In this document: positions 20,783 to 30,751 of the stretch, piece after piece
Layout: the number at the start of each line of letters is the position of its first letter
How positions within the stretch are numbered: the stretch's first letter is position 1
Assembly: GCA_049523455.1 (NCBI GenBank)
Contig: JBEKMW010000003.1
Span: 3,736 to 67,735, forward strand
Direction of reading: 5' to 3'
DNA from: Verrucomicrobiota bacterium
GTDB lineage: Bacteria > Verrucomicrobiota > Verrucomicrobiia > Limisphaerales > UBA11358
DNA: 64,000 bases
The notes under the pieces: model-generated
Databases searched by the model: none
Seen by the model: only the letters and a program-made list of their open reading frames with translations
Told to the model about the DNA's origin: nothing
Position numbers and translations under genes: made by a program

Positions 20783-20960
20783 CCCAACGGGATTCCATCA
20801 TTCAGCCCAGGGTTGGTGCGCAGCGCCTACCCTGGGTCTTTGATTCAACCCTTTCAGGGTTGATGATTTTGTTGTTCGCTTACCCAGCGTAGCCGTTCCT
20901 CGCCTAGCCGGCTCGGACCGGCAACGCTGGGCTGAGTGATTGAATCCCATTGGGATTCAT
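20783..20960. repeat. Inverted pair of a dispersed palindromic repeat family flanking a terminator-like hairpin
   Basis: The left copy TCCCAACGGGATTCCATCATTCAGCCCAGGGT... matches the reverse complement of the right copy ...ACGCTGGGCTGAGTGATTGAATCCCATTGGGATTC. Each copy contains its own small hairpins. Confidence 0.7.
20845..20876 (+). terminator. Candidate intrinsic terminator downstream of thiC
   Basis: Hairpin TCAACCCTTTCAGGGTTGA followed by TGATTTTGTTGTT. Confidence 0.35.
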
Positions 20961-21097
20961 TTGGTACGGCTAGCCGTTGCTTGTTGCCGCCTTGCCCTGA
21001 AAAACCTTCGCGTTAATGCCGGTCTCCAGTATCCTCTCAGTTCAGCGACGCGTAGAGCTTGGATTGCCTGCCGCTGCATTGACTAAAGAGGAAGCGG

Positions 21098-22309
21098 ATG
21101 CTCTCGAATCAAAAAGCTAATAATGCGACCGAATCATTAACGTCCTCGTCTGCCTTCGCCTTCGTATTCACGCTGGGCATAGTCAATCTGTTCGCCGACA
21201 TGACCTACGAGGGCGGCGGCAGCATCCACGGACCGTTTCTGGGAGCGCTCGGAGCCAGCGCCGCCGCCATTGGATTCGTCGCCGGTGCCGGCGAGTTTCT
21301 GGGTTATGCCGTCCGGCTGCCCGCCGGATATGTCAGCGATAAAACCGGCCGGGTCTGGTCGCTTGCGTTCATCGGCTACGCCATCAATTTATTTGCCATT
21401 CCCGCGCTGGCTCTGGCCGGCAGTTGGCCAGCGGCTGCCGTATTGATGATCGCCGAGCGCGTCGGCCGCGGCATCCGCAAGCCGACCGTGGAATCCATGC
21501 TGTCCCACACGACCGGCCATTTGGGGAAAGCCTGGGTGTATGCGCTGAACAATGCGCTCGATGAAATCGGCGCCATGCTGGGGCCGCTGGTCGTTGCGCT
21601 GGTCCTGTTCGTGCGCGGCAAGGACAGCTACCGGACGGCTTACGCCACGCTTCTGGTGTCCACCCTGCTTGCGTTAGTGGCACTCACGATTGCCCGGCGG
21701 GCGTTTCCTCATCCGTCCCAACTGGAGTCCAGCAACAGTCGAGCGGCTACCACTGCGGGCTTCACCAGATCCTATTGGCTGCACATGGTGGCGGCGGCGT
21801 TTTTTGCCGCCGGGCTCACGAGTTTTGAACTGATTTCCTACCACCTCTCGAGCAAAGGAATCGTCAGCACCTACGCTATTCCGGTGCTCATGACCCTGGC
21901 GTCCGGGTTTGGAATTCTCGCATCTTTGGTATTTGGGAAGATGTTTGACCGCATTGGCCTGCGCGTCGTGTTGATCGCCGTGTCTTGTTCTGCGCTGTTT
22001 GCGCCGTTGGTTTTTCTGGGGCGATTGCCATTGGTGATCGTAGGGATGCTCCTGTGGGGGGTGGGATTCGCTACCCAGGATACCCTGCTGAAGGCCGTCG
22101 TCGCCGGGCTCATGCCCACCGGCCGGCGCAGCCTGGCCTTTGGGCTGTTTTACACCGGCTACGGAGTTGGTTGGCTGATCGGCAGCACGACTACCGGCTT
22201 GCTTTACAATTATTCAATTCCTGCCGTGATTGCCTTCTCGGTGGCCACGCAACTCCTTGCTCTGCCGCTCTTCATTCTGGCGGAGCGCTCCGGCCGGCCG
22301 TCACGGTGA
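21098..22309 (+). CDS. MFS transporter
   Basis: 403 aa with about 12 predicted TM helices. Loop motif GRGIRKP resembles the MFS D-R/K-x-G-R-R/K motif. AAAGAGGAAG lies upstream of the ATG. Confidence 0.85.
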   Translation: MLSNQKANNATESLTSSSAFAFVFTLGIVNLFADMTYEGGGSIHGPFLGALGASAAAIGFVAGAGEFLGYAVRLPAGYVSDKTGRVWSLAFIGYAINLFAIPALALAGSWPAAAVLMIAERVGRGIRKPTVESMLSHTTGHLGKAWVYALNNALDEIGAMLGPLVVALVLFVRGKDSYRTAYATLLVSTLLALVALTIARRAFPHPSQLESSNSRAATTAGFTRSYWLHMVAAAFFAAGLTSFELISYHLSSKGIVSTYAIPVLMTLASGFGILASLVFGKMFDRIGLRVVLIAVSCSALFAPLVFLGRLPLVIVGMLLWGVGFATQDTLLKAVVAGLMPTGRRSLAFGLFYTGYGVGWLIGSTTTGLLYNYSIPAVIAFSVATQLLALPLFILAERSGRPSR

Positions 22310-22316
22310 CCCACGC

Positions 22317-22484
22317 TCAATGATGGCGTTTGATGGAAGGCCGTTCCTTCTTCCGCTTTCTTCGGTGCCGGTACGTGTCAATGACCAGGAGCACAAAAAT
22401 AATAAACCCGCCGGCCAACAGCACGACCAGAATCGGCTGATGGTGCCAGATTTCACTCACAAAATCGGAGACATCCGAAGACAC
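22317..22484 (-). CDS. Possible 55-aa single-pass membrane micro-protein (GTG start)
   Basis: Own translation: VSSDVSDFVSEIWHHQPILVVLLAGGFIIFVLLVIDTYRHRRKRKKERPSIKRHH. It has one clear TM helix plus a strongly basic tail. It is below the ORF-track size cut-off, and no homology was recognised. Confidence 0.25.
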   Translation of the reverse strand: MSSDVSDFVSEIWHHQPILVVLLAGGFIIFVLLVIDTYRHRRKRKKERPSIKRHH

Positions 22485-22638
22485 TCTTCAATCTACTCCC
22501 TTGCCGGCAAAAGCCAAGTGGCGCGTGGTGGCTCAATTAGCTTAACCGCGGCCCCCGGTTTGCCGGACAATCTTCTCTTTTTGCCCTGAATATTTTTGAC
22601 ATTGCGGACGGTTGCGGAAGATTAGGGCAAAGGATTTT

Positions 22639-23076
22639 ATGAAATACCAAATCATTTTATCTTCCTTGGTTCTTGGCTTGGCTGCCTCCGCCGCGGACAC
22701 GAATCAAGTGGCCCAGCCGGCGGCCGACACCGCGGTGATCCAGCGCGGCAAATACCTGGTCGAACGCGTGGCCATGTGCGGGGAATGCCACACGCCGCGC
22801 GACGAGCAAGGCCATCTCGACCACGCTCACTGGCTGCAGGGTAACGTGCTGGATTACAAGCCGACGAACTCAAGGCCGTTTACCCCCATTGCGCCGCCTA
22901 TCGCCAGCCTGCCCAGCTATGCCACCGACGACCTGGCCGTGCGCTTCCTGGAAACCGGCCAGACCGCAAACGGCAAGCCCGCCCAGCCGCCGATGCCCCA
23001 ATTTCGTCTCACCCATGACGACGCCATAGCCGTGGTGGCCTATCTCCGTTCCCTCAAACTCATCACCGACGAGTAG
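22639..23076 (+). CDS. Secreted mono-haem c-type cytochrome
   Basis: Signal peptide [19 protein letters not shown] and haem-binding CGECH in the context [19 protein letters not shown]. Confidence 0.8.
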   Translation: MKYQIILSSLVLGLAASAADTNQVAQPAADTAVIQRGKYLVERVAMCGECHTPRDEQGHLDHAHWLQGNVLDYKPTNSRPFTPIAPPIASLPSYATDDLAVRFLETGQTANGKPAQPPMPQFRLTHDDAIAVVAYLRSLKLITDE

Positions 23077-23087
23077 CCAGCGGCGCC

Positions 23088-23264
23088 ATGCCTGACGATT
23101 CGTTCAAAGAATTTGTGCTGGACCAGTTGAGCACGCTGCCCGACGTGCGCGCGCGGGCGATGTTCGGCGCGCACGGTTTGTATCAAGGCGGCCATTTCTT
23201 CGCCATTCTCGACGAGGGACGGCTGTTTTTTAAAACCGACGAAACTCCCATTGAACCCCGGTAG
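23088..23264 (+). pseudogene. Truncated TfoX N-terminal-domain gene fragment
   Basis: Own translation: [58 protein letters not shown]. This is the first half of a TfoX_N domain. It ends where a dispersed repeat (GGGCCGACCTGCCGGTCGGCC hairpin) begins. Confidence 0.5.
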
Positions 23265-23368
23265 GGCCGACCTGCCGGTCGGCCTCGGACGCGCGGCGGC
23301 ACCCCCCACCGGGTTCAGGAGTTCAATGTGCGAAGTTTTCGGGGGAATCTATCCCGGCACACGATCCC

Positions 23369-24616
23369 TTGACCCTCATCCCCGCACGCCATAAGCTCGC
23401 TGAATCTACGAAGATTACCTTTTATTCTCTCGCCATCATCGCACTGGTCGCAACCAATCAACTCAGTTTTGCCGCCGACACTGACTTGTCCAAATTGGCC
23501 GCCGCCAACAACGATTTCGCCTTCAACTTGCTCAAGCAACTCACCGCGGAACAAGCCGGCGCAACTGTCTTTATCTCGCCGTACAGCGCGGCGACTGCGT
23601 TGCAAATGGCGGGCAACGGTGCCGGCGGCCAAACCAGGACAGAGATGCTCCATGTTCTGGGGCTATCCGATCTCCCGACCGACGCCTTGAACGCGGCAAG
23701 CAAGGCCGCCGCCGACTTGCTCGACTCAAACGACACCAATCTCGTCCTCACCACGGCCAATGCCCTGTGGTATCGGCAGGGCGTCGCCATAAAACCCGGT
23801 TTCACTAACGCCAACCAGAAATTCTTTGCCGCAACCATCCGGGCACTGGATTTCAGGAATGCGCCCGCCGCGGAAGCGGAAATCAACCAGTGGGCCAGTG
23901 ATAAAACTCACGGGCGTATCACTGGCATCGCCAACGGCATGATTGATCCGGTCTACACTGATTTGGTCCTCGCCAATGCGATTTACTTCAAAGGCAAATG
24001 GGAAGACCCATTTGATGCCAATCTAACGAAAGACCGTCCCTTCCATCCCGCCACGGGAAGTCCCAAAGACCATCCCATGATGGAGATGTCGAAATCATTT
24101 ATGTATCGGAAAGGCACGGGCTATCAAGCCGTGCGTCTGCCCTACATGGGCGAAGATCTGGCGATGTACGTTTTCCTGCCCGATCCTGGATCCAGTCCCG
24201 AAAAGCTGTTGCAAATCATGAACGGCGACCGATGGCGGCGCGTAACGGTGCCCGGATTCAGCGACCGCCCGGGAAGAGTGGTCTTGCCGAAATTCCGGCT
24301 CGAATACGCCGCGGAGTTGAACCAGCCGCTCACGGCGCTTGGCATGAAAGCGGCCTTCAACCAGGACAAAGCCGATTTCTCCGGAATATTCAGCGACCAG
24401 CATCATATCTCCGAGGTCACGCAAATGGCCTTTGCCGAGGTGAACGAAGAAGGTACCGAAGCAGCAGCGGTGACGGCGATCGGTGTCCTGAGCGAGGGAC
24501 CTGAACCACCGCCGCCACCGCCCTTTGAAATGATCGTGGACCGGCCATTTCTCTTTGCCATTGTGGATGCGCGCAGCGAAATAATCTTGTTTATGGGCCT
24601 GGTGAACGACCTCTGA
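23369..24616 (+). CDS. Secreted serpin (serine protease inhibitor)
   Basis: NNDFAFNLLKQL, FISPYSAATALQM, NAIYFKGKWEDPF, hinge VNEEGTEAAAVTA and DRPFLFAIVD. Signal-like N-terminus. TTG start in the ORF track, with no nearby ATG. Confidence 0.92.
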   Translation: MTLIPARHKLAESTKITFYSLAIIALVATNQLSFAADTDLSKLAAANNDFAFNLLKQLTAEQAGATVFISPYSAATALQMAGNGAGGQTRTEMLHVLGLSDLPTDALNAASKAAADLLDSNDTNLVLTTANALWYRQGVAIKPGFTNANQKFFAATIRALDFRNAPAAEAEINQWASDKTHGRITGIANGMIDPVYTDLVLANAIYFKGKWEDPFDANLTKDRPFHPATGSPKDHPMMEMSKSFMYRKGTGYQAVRLPYMGEDLAMYVFLPDPGSSPEKLLQIMNGDRWRRVTVPGFSDRPGRVVLPKFRLEYAAELNQPLTALGMKAAFNQDKADFSGIFSDQHHISEVTQMAFAEVNEEGTEAAAVTAIGVLSEGPEPPPPPPFEMIVDRPFLFAIVDARSEIILFMGLVNDL

Positions 24617-24949
24617 CATTCCGCAATCGGAAATGACGCGTCTGATTTGCCAATAACGACAGCCAAAGTAGATGAGCGAGTCGGCAGACAATTCTCCCTC
24701 TCCTGGGGGAGAGGGCCGGGGTGAGGGCGGGATAAAGAAACCAACATCATTTCCACAAAATATCGCCTCCAAATAAGGACCTTTCAGGCGAGGCACCGTA
24801 TTTTCCCGCCAAGGCGGGTTGCACAAAGATTTCGCCCGCAGACAAGCAAAAGCTTGCAGAACCGCAGTCCGCAAGGAAAAATGAGGCGAACGAACTAAGG
24901 CAAACAATCACCGTTGCGCCGCCCCGATGATGCGTGAGAAAAATCGTCT

Positions 24950-27604
24950 ATGCCCGCTGTGAAACCCGCCAACGGCCAGCGCAATGCTGATTTGCTGCGC
25001 GACGCGGCGAACGGCGATGCGGCGGCGATGCTGCAACGGCTCAATTCCACCCCCGCCGGCCTGACGGAAGCCGAAGCCGCGGAGCGGCTCGAGGTCTTCG
25101 GCCCGAATGAAGTCGGCCAGGAACGGCACCATGAATGGCTGCACCGATTGTGGGTCGCCGTCCGCAATCCGTTGGTGGTTTTGCTCACAATCCTGGCCAT
25201 CGTCACGTTTGCCACGGCGGAGGACAAAAGCGACTACGCGGGCGGCATCGTCATGCTGGTCATGGTTTTCCTCGGCGTGTCGCTGCGGTTTGTGCAGGAA
25301 TCGCGCGCGGACAAGGCGGCGGCCAAGCTCAAAGCCATGATCAAGGTGACCGCCGCGGTAGTGCGCAACGGCCAGCCCCAGGAGATTCCCCTGCAACAAC
25401 TCGTTCCCGGCGACGTGGTCAAATTGTCCGCCGGCGACATGATCCCCGGCGACGTGCGCCTGCTCGCGGCCAAGGACCTCTTCATCATCCAGGCTACGCT
25501 CACCGGCGAGTCGCTGCCCGTCGAAAAGACCGACGCCCGAGACCCGCGCACCAACGTCTCAGTCATCGAGCACAACAATCTTTGCTTTCTAGGCACCAGC
25601 GTGGAAAGCGGTTCGGCCACGGCCCTCATTGTCACCACTGGCAAGCAGACCTATTTCGGCAAACTGGCCACCACCCTGGCGGGCCAGCAGATCGAGACGG
25701 CCTTTGACCGCGGCGTAAAAAAATTCGTTTGGCTCATGCTCACCTTCATGGCCTTCATGGTGCCGATGGTCTTCCTCATCAATGGGATGACCAAACACGT
25801 TTGGTGGGAGGCGCTCAAATTCGCCCTGGCGGTGGCGGTGGGCCTCACGCCCGAAATGCTGCCGATGATCGTGTCCGTCTGCCTGTCCAAAGGCGCCCTG
25901 GCCATGTCCCGCAAGAAGGTCATCGTCAAGCGACTCAACTCCATCCAGAACTTCGGCGCCATGGACGTGCTCTGCACCGACAAGACCGGCACGCTGACCA
26001 TTGACCGTGTCATCCTCGAACTGCACTGCGACGTCTTCAAAAATGAGAGCGAGGCCGTGCTGCGCGATGCCTATCTCATCAGCCATTTCCAGACCGGCTT
26101 GAAGAACCTGCTGGACCGCGCCGTGTTGCAGTACAAGGAACTCCACCGCGAGTTGTCCATCGAGCAATACAAAATGGTGGATGAAATCCCGTTCGATTTC
26201 TCCCGCCGCATGATGTCGGTGGCGGTGGAGGGACCCGAGGGCGAACGGCAGTTGCTCACCAAGGGCGCACCGGAGGCGGTTTTTGCCAAATGCACCCATT
26301 TCGAGAGTGACGGCGAGATTTTCCCCATGGAACCGATCCTCGCCGGGGACCTGGTGCAGCAGGTGAACGAATTGAGCGAGGACGGTTTCCGCGTATTGGC
26401 GGTGGCCACCAAGAAATTGGGACAGCAAACCACCTTTTCCAAGGCCGACGAGTGCGACCTGGTCCTAACCGGTTATCTCGCCTTTCTCGATCCGCCCAAG
26501 GATACCGCGCCCAAGGCGATTGAGGCCCTGCGCCAGCACGGCATCGCCGTCAAAGTCCTCACCGGCGACAACGACCTCGTCGCCCGCAAGGTCTGCACCG
26601 AAGTCGGTATTCATGCCGAGAAAATTCTGCTCGGCAGCCAGGTGGAAAGCCTGTCCGACGAACAGCTCGCTAAGGAAATCGAGACCACCGACGTTTTCGC
26701 GCGCCTTTCGCCGGCGCACAAAAAGCGTGTCGTACAGGCGCTCCAACGCAATAAACACGTTGTCGGCTTCATGGGCGACGGCATCAACGACGCGCCCGCC
26801 CTGCGGGCCGCCGACGTGGGTATTTCCGTGGACAACGCCGTGGACATTGCCAAGGAATCGGCCGATATGATCCTCTTGGAGAAGAACCTCATGGTGTTGG
26901 AGGAAGGCGTGCTCGAAGGCCGCAAGGTGTTCGTGAACATCTTGAAATACATCCGCATGGGCGCCAGCTCGAACTTCGGCAACATGTTCAGCGTGTTGGG
27001 CGCGAGCGCCTGGCTGCCCTATCTGCCCATGCAATCGCTGCAAGTCCTCACCAACAACCTGCTCTACGACTTTTCCCAGGTCCCCATTCCCACCGACAAC
27101 GTCGGCGCCCAGCAAATCGCCAAGCCGCGCCCCTGGGCGATGGGTGAGATTGCCAAGTTCATTATCTTCATCGGCCCCATCAGCTCGATTTTCGACTACA
27201 CGACCTTCTGCCTGATGTGGTTCTACTTTAAATGCGGCCATGTCGTGGTGACGCCGGACTTGGTGGCGCGCTTTCACGACGACGCCGTGAATCACAGTTC
27301 CGCCGCGGCCCTGTTCAACACGGCCTGGTTTGTCGAATCCATCATGACCCAGACGCTCATCGTCCACGTCATCCGCACCAACCTCATTCCCTTCATCCAG
27401 TCGCGGGCCAGTTGGCAGTTGACGATGACCACGATTGCCATCATGGCCATTGGGGCGTGGCTGCCGTTTTCGCCGCTGGGGAACATTCTGGGATTTGTGC
27501 CGCTGCCGTGGCAGTTCTGGCCCTTCCTGGCCCTGACCTTGCTCTGCTACGTCGCCCTGACGCAAGTGATCAAGAGCTGGCTCATCCGCAAGGCCTGGGT
27601 GTGA
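24950..27604 (+). CDS. mgtA: Mg2+-importing P-type ATPase
   Basis: 884 aa. Phosphorylation site CTDKTGTLT, hinge MGDGINDAPAL, and overall MgtA/MgtB-like sequence and length. Confidence 0.93.
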   Translation: MPAVKPANGQRNADLLRDAANGDAAAMLQRLNSTPAGLTEAEAAERLEVFGPNEVGQERHHEWLHRLWVAVRNPLVVLLTILAIVTFATAEDKSDYAGGIVMLVMVFLGVSLRFVQESRADKAAAKLKAMIKVTAAVVRNGQPQEIPLQQLVPGDVVKLSAGDMIPGDVRLLAAKDLFIIQATLTGESLPVEKTDARDPRTNVSVIEHNNLCFLGTSVESGSATALIVTTGKQTYFGKLATTLAGQQIETAFDRGVKKFVWLMLTFMAFMVPMVFLINGMTKHVWWEALKFALAVAVGLTPEMLPMIVSVCLSKGALAMSRKKVIVKRLNSIQNFGAMDVLCTDKTGTLTIDRVILELHCDVFKNESEAVLRDAYLISHFQTGLKNLLDRAVLQYKELHRELSIEQYKMVDEIPFDFSRRMMSVAVEGPEGERQLLTKGAPEAVFAKCTHFESDGEIFPMEPILAGDLVQQVNELSEDGFRVLAVATKKLGQQTTFSKADECDLVLTGYLAFLDPPKDTAPKAIEALRQHGIAVKVLTGDNDLVARKVCTEVGIHAEKILLGSQVESLSDEQLAKEIETTDVFARLSPAHKKRVVQALQRNKHVVGFMGDGINDAPALRAADVGISVDNAVDIAKESADMILLEKNLMVLEEGVLEGRKVFVNILKYIRMGASSNFGNMFSVLGASAWLPYLPMQSLQVLTNNLLYDFSQVPIPTDNVGAQQIAKPRPWAMGEIAKFIIFIGPISSIFDYTTFCLMWFYFKCGHVVVTPDLVARFHDDAVNHSSAAALFNTAWFVESIMTQTLIVHVIRTNLIPFIQSRASWQLTMTTIAIMAIGAWLPFSPLGNILGFVPLPWQFWPFLALTLLCYVALTQVIKSWLIRKAWV

Positions 27605-27610
27605 GGAAAG

Positions 27611-27644
27611 TAACAAAAAGCCGTTCCGCATCTCACGGAACGGC
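27611..27644 (-). terminator. Intrinsic terminator for the iscA-like gene (between convergent genes)
   Basis: On the minus strand, GCCGTTCCG-TGAGATG-CGGAACGGC is followed by TTTTTGTT. Confidence 0.55.
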
Positions 27645-27677
27645 GTTATCAGGCTTGCGCGGGTTGATCGCTTCCGC

Positions 27678-28025
27678 TCAGGCCTCAAATGATTTCCCGC
27701 AGCCGCAACTCTGTCGGGCATTCGGGTTGGAGATTTTGAAACCGCCCCCGGTCAACTCGTCGCTGAAGTCCACCACCGTCCCCTTCAAGTACTGCGCGCT
27801 GATACCGTCCACCAGCGCTTCCACGCCGTGCTCCGCCACGGCCACATCACCCTCGCGCTGCTCATCGAATACCATGCCGTATTGCATCCCGGAACAGCCG
27901 CCCTGCTCCACGAAAATGCGCAGCCTTTTGCCCCTGTTATCGGGCTTGGCGAGCAGCGATTTTACCTCCGCCGCCGCCGCGAGTGTCAACCGTATAACCG
28001 GCTCATTAACAACAACTTCAGTCAT
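27678..28025 (-). CDS. Fe-S cluster insertion/assembly protein, HesB/IscA/ErpA family
   Basis: 115 aa with GGCSGMQYGM and the C-terminal SCGCGKSF cysteine signature. Confidence 0.9.
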   Translation of the reverse strand: MTEVVVNEPVIRLTLAAAAEVKSLLAKPDNRGKRLRIFVEQGGCSGMQYGMVFDEQREGDVAVAEHGVEALVDGISAQYLKGTVVDFSDELTGGGFKISNPNARQSCGCGKSFEA

Positions 28026-28077
28026 ATTTCCTCTATCGCAAGCTAAGCTTCGGGCGCGGCTCTGTCAAACCGTGGCT

Positions 28078-30690
28078 TCACTTTTTTACGGACCAGGCCG
28101 CTGCCTGTTGCTCGAGCGAAGCCGTTAATTGCGGAAAGCGTTCCTCCAACCGCTTGAGAAAATCCGCCGGCGGCGATTCCTGGAGGGTTCGGATCAACGC
28201 CAGCGCCTGCAAGCCGGCTTTTTTCATCCAGAACTCGTCCGGCTGTTCCCCGTCGCGCAAATTTCTTTCGTAAAACACGTCGAGGTAATTTCCCAGCGCC
28301 TGCTCGCGCAAATGCTTTTGGCTGCCGGCCACCGCCACGGCGGCCATTTTTTCCAGGACAATGCCCACGCCGATTTGCGCCTGGCTGCGCAAAGCCACAC
28401 TCGCCTGCACATTCGTGTTCAACACCTGCCCATACGCTTTGATCGCCGCGCCATAGTTGGTCAGTTGCAGGTTGCAATCGCCGATGAAGAGCGACGCCCG
28501 CGCACCTTGTTCAGTGGTCGGATACAACTGGCAGATCGGGCCGAATTTGTTGGTGGCCAATAGAAAATTCGCCAGCGGATTGTTTGGATCGGAGGAATCC
28601 ATGTGCATTAGTGCGTCGCCATCCTTAAGCGTGGCTTGCACCCGCAAGGGCATGGGACAATTGGTGTCAACCTCCAGATCATTGAAATAGCCGCTGGCGC
28701 CTTGCTCATCCTCCCGCGCCATCGCCGCCTGGCCGGCCATCATCTTCGCCTGATAGCTAAGCGGGCTGAGGGGAAAGTTTTGAAAGACAAATTCGTAATT
28801 CTTCTCCGCGTCCGTGTAATCTCCGGCCCGGTAAAAATGGTCGCCTACCCACATTTGGGCCAGTTGCGCCAGTTGCGCCAGGCTGCTGTTCGTGAACACC
28901 GCGACGAAATTCGTGAACAGGAGAAACGCATTGGTCTCATTGCCTGCCTGATAATTTGCCCATGCCAGCGAATAATCCGCCTGGGACCGCAACCGCAAGT
29001 CGTTGGTCGGAAAATCGGCCAGCCATGTTTCGTAGCGGCCAATCGCGGCCGTCCAATTTGTCTCCTGCTCAAAGGTCCGCGCGACGGCCAGCATCACTTG
29101 TGGGCGCAACGGGGATAACGGCCGTTGGGCCAAAAAGTCCTCGAATACTTTGCGCGCCTCCTCCGGCTTGGTCAGCCCCTCGCCATAAAGCAACGTCATC
29201 CTCGGCGCCAGATCGCTCGCCGGGTATTGTTTCACAATTTGGGCCAGTGCGTTGCTCGCACCGGCCTCGTCTTTCAGTTCCAGGCAGACCCGCAGATACT
29301 GATACCACGTGCACTCACCGAGTTCTTGTGCCGCGGGATTCTCCGCGATGGTGGCCAAGGCTGCCTGATAATTCTCCAGCGCGTTCGTCAAATCCCCCAA
29401 GAAGAACTGCGCGTCGCCCGTTTTCAATTGCGCCACCGCCAGGTCCTCCGAGGACCCTAAAACTCCCGCCGCCTTTTCGAACGCCGCCAGACTCTTATTG
29501 GTCTGCCCCGCCAGCCACAAGGCCCACCCTTGATCCAGCCAGGCTTTGCCCAGCAATGGGCTGCTCGCAAATCGGGATGGAAACTGGTTGAGGTTGGTCG
29601 CCGCCTTCGCCAAAAGGTCGGTCGCGGCCAGGGTGTTGGAAGACAAGACGGAATCCAACATCTCCAGTTCGCCGAGCGACAGCAACGCCGTGTCTGCGGC
29701 CGGGGAATTCGAAAATTGCGCGACGAAATCTTGAAGTTCGTTTTCCGCCTCGGAAAGCTGGTTCAGTTTCCCGGCCAGATTGGCAATTTCCAAAATGGCG
29801 TCAGGCTGCTCCTCCACCGGCGCGTTGGTCAGGTTTTCCCGGTACGCGTCCAGCGCTTCGTTCGTGCGCCCCATCTGCACGAGCAAGCCCGCGTGCAACG
29901 CGACTCCTTCCGCCAGCAGCTTGCGATCCTGCCCGAGCCGCGCGTTTCGCAGCAGATTGGTGGTCTCGGCCAGCGCCGCATTCGTGTCACCCTCTTTGAG
30001 CTTGTTGGTATAAGACTGATAGGCGCAGTCCCAACCCAAGTCCGGCATAAGCGCCTGCGAGTGCACCGCGACGAGTATCGCGTCGGAACCGGGCAGATCG
30101 TTCAATTCGGACTTGCTCTGCGCCAGCAACAGCCGTCCCCGCACGACCAAATCGTTGGTCGGGTCCAGTTGTTCCTCGCGCTGAAACACACCGTTGGTTT
30201 CATCCAACACCGACACGACGCCCTTCCAGTCGCCCAGTTCCGCGCGCGCCGCCGCCGCCTCCACCACCGCCTGCAAACGCAGGGGCGACGCTGTAAAATG
30301 CCGCGCCAGAAAGAGGAAGGTGTTCGCTGCGTTCGTCAAGTCCACGCTTTGAAACTGCGCCTCGCCGAGCCAATAGGCGTATTGATCGGCCAGGTCGCCG
30401 GCCCGCGCCAGACGATTGGTGTTGCTTAACAGTTCGATGGCCCGCGCCCGGTCACCCTGATGGAGCTCCGCCTGCGCCTGCAATAACACCGCCTCCGGCG
30501 CGTTGGTGGATTTCGGATAATTTTGAAGAAACTCGGCAAAATTCGTCTCGGCCAGGCTCCACATTTTGTCCTGAAACTCCCACACGGCGGCGGCGTAGGC
30601 GCGCTGCTCTTTCGTGCTGGCGGCGAATAACGGCGCCCCGCTCAAAATGAGCGCGCACAAAAACAGAAGCCATTGCCGCCAATGCGCCAT
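28078..30690 (-). CDS. Large secreted tetratricopeptide-repeat (TPR) protein
   Basis: 870 aa. Signal peptide MAHWRQWLLFLCALILSGAPLFA. Repeated A/Y/L-rich 34-aa helical patterns throughout. Confidence 0.8.
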   Translation of the reverse strand: MAHWRQWLLFLCALILSGAPLFAASTKEQRAYAAAVWEFQDKMWSLAETNFAEFLQNYPKSTNAPEAVLLQAQAELHQGDRARAIELLSNTNRLARAGDLADQYAYWLGEAQFQSVDLTNAANTFLFLARHFTASPLRLQAVVEAAAARAELGDWKGVVSVLDETNGVFQREEQLDPTNDLVVRGRLLLAQSKSELNDLPGSDAILVAVHSQALMPDLGWDCAYQSYTNKLKEGDTNAALAETTNLLRNARLGQDRKLLAEGVALHAGLLVQMGRTNEALDAYRENLTNAPVEEQPDAILEIANLAGKLNQLSEAENELQDFVAQFSNSPAADTALLSLGELEMLDSVLSSNTLAATDLLAKAATNLNQFPSRFASSPLLGKAWLDQGWALWLAGQTNKSLAAFEKAAGVLGSSEDLAVAQLKTGDAQFFLGDLTNALENYQAALATIAENPAAQELGECTWYQYLRVCLELKDEAGASNALAQIVKQYPASDLAPRMTLLYGEGLTKPEEARKVFEDFLAQRPLSPLRPQVMLAVARTFEQETNWTAAIGRYETWLADFPTNDLRLRSQADYSLAWANYQAGNETNAFLLFTNFVAVFTNSSLAQLAQLAQMWVGDHFYRAGDYTDAEKNYEFVFQNFPLSPLSYQAKMMAGQAAMAREDEQGASGYFNDLEVDTNCPMPLRVQATLKDGDALMHMDSSDPNNPLANFLLATNKFGPICQLYPTTEQGARASLFIGDCNLQLTNYGAAIKAYGQVLNTNVQASVALRSQAQIGVGIVLEKMAAVAVAGSQKHLREQALGNYLDVFYERNLRDGEQPDEFWMKKAGLQALALIRTLQESPPADFLKRLEERFPQLTASLEQQAAAWSVKK

Positions 30691-30751
30691 GCGAAGCGAT
30701 TGTAAATCAGCCGCCGCAACCGCGGAAAGCGAAACCTGCCAGCCGGATTGC

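Noticed and set aside
22596-22624. Promoter upstream of the cytochrome c gene (TTGACA at 22596-22601)
   Set aside because: The -35 is perfect, but the best -10 at 17-nt spacing (AGATTA/AAGATT) matches TATAAT at only about 3 of 6 positions. It would also leave almost no 5' UTR. This is too weak to call.
24095-24907. 270-aa minus-strand ORF overlapping the serpin 3' end and the downstream spacer
   Set aside because: It overlaps the well-supported serpin in antisense. Its remainder translates the GEG-type dispersed repeat.
24760-24949. Possible M-box (Mg2+) riboswitch in the mgtA leader
   Set aside because: Only a weak resemblance was seen: TCAGGCGAGGCACCGTAT versus the consensus TTAGGTGAGGCTCC.GTAT. 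The conserved AAUGGGUCAACAG and GCUAAAGCUCUACGA elements were not found by eye. A covariance-model scan (Rfam RF00380) would be needed.
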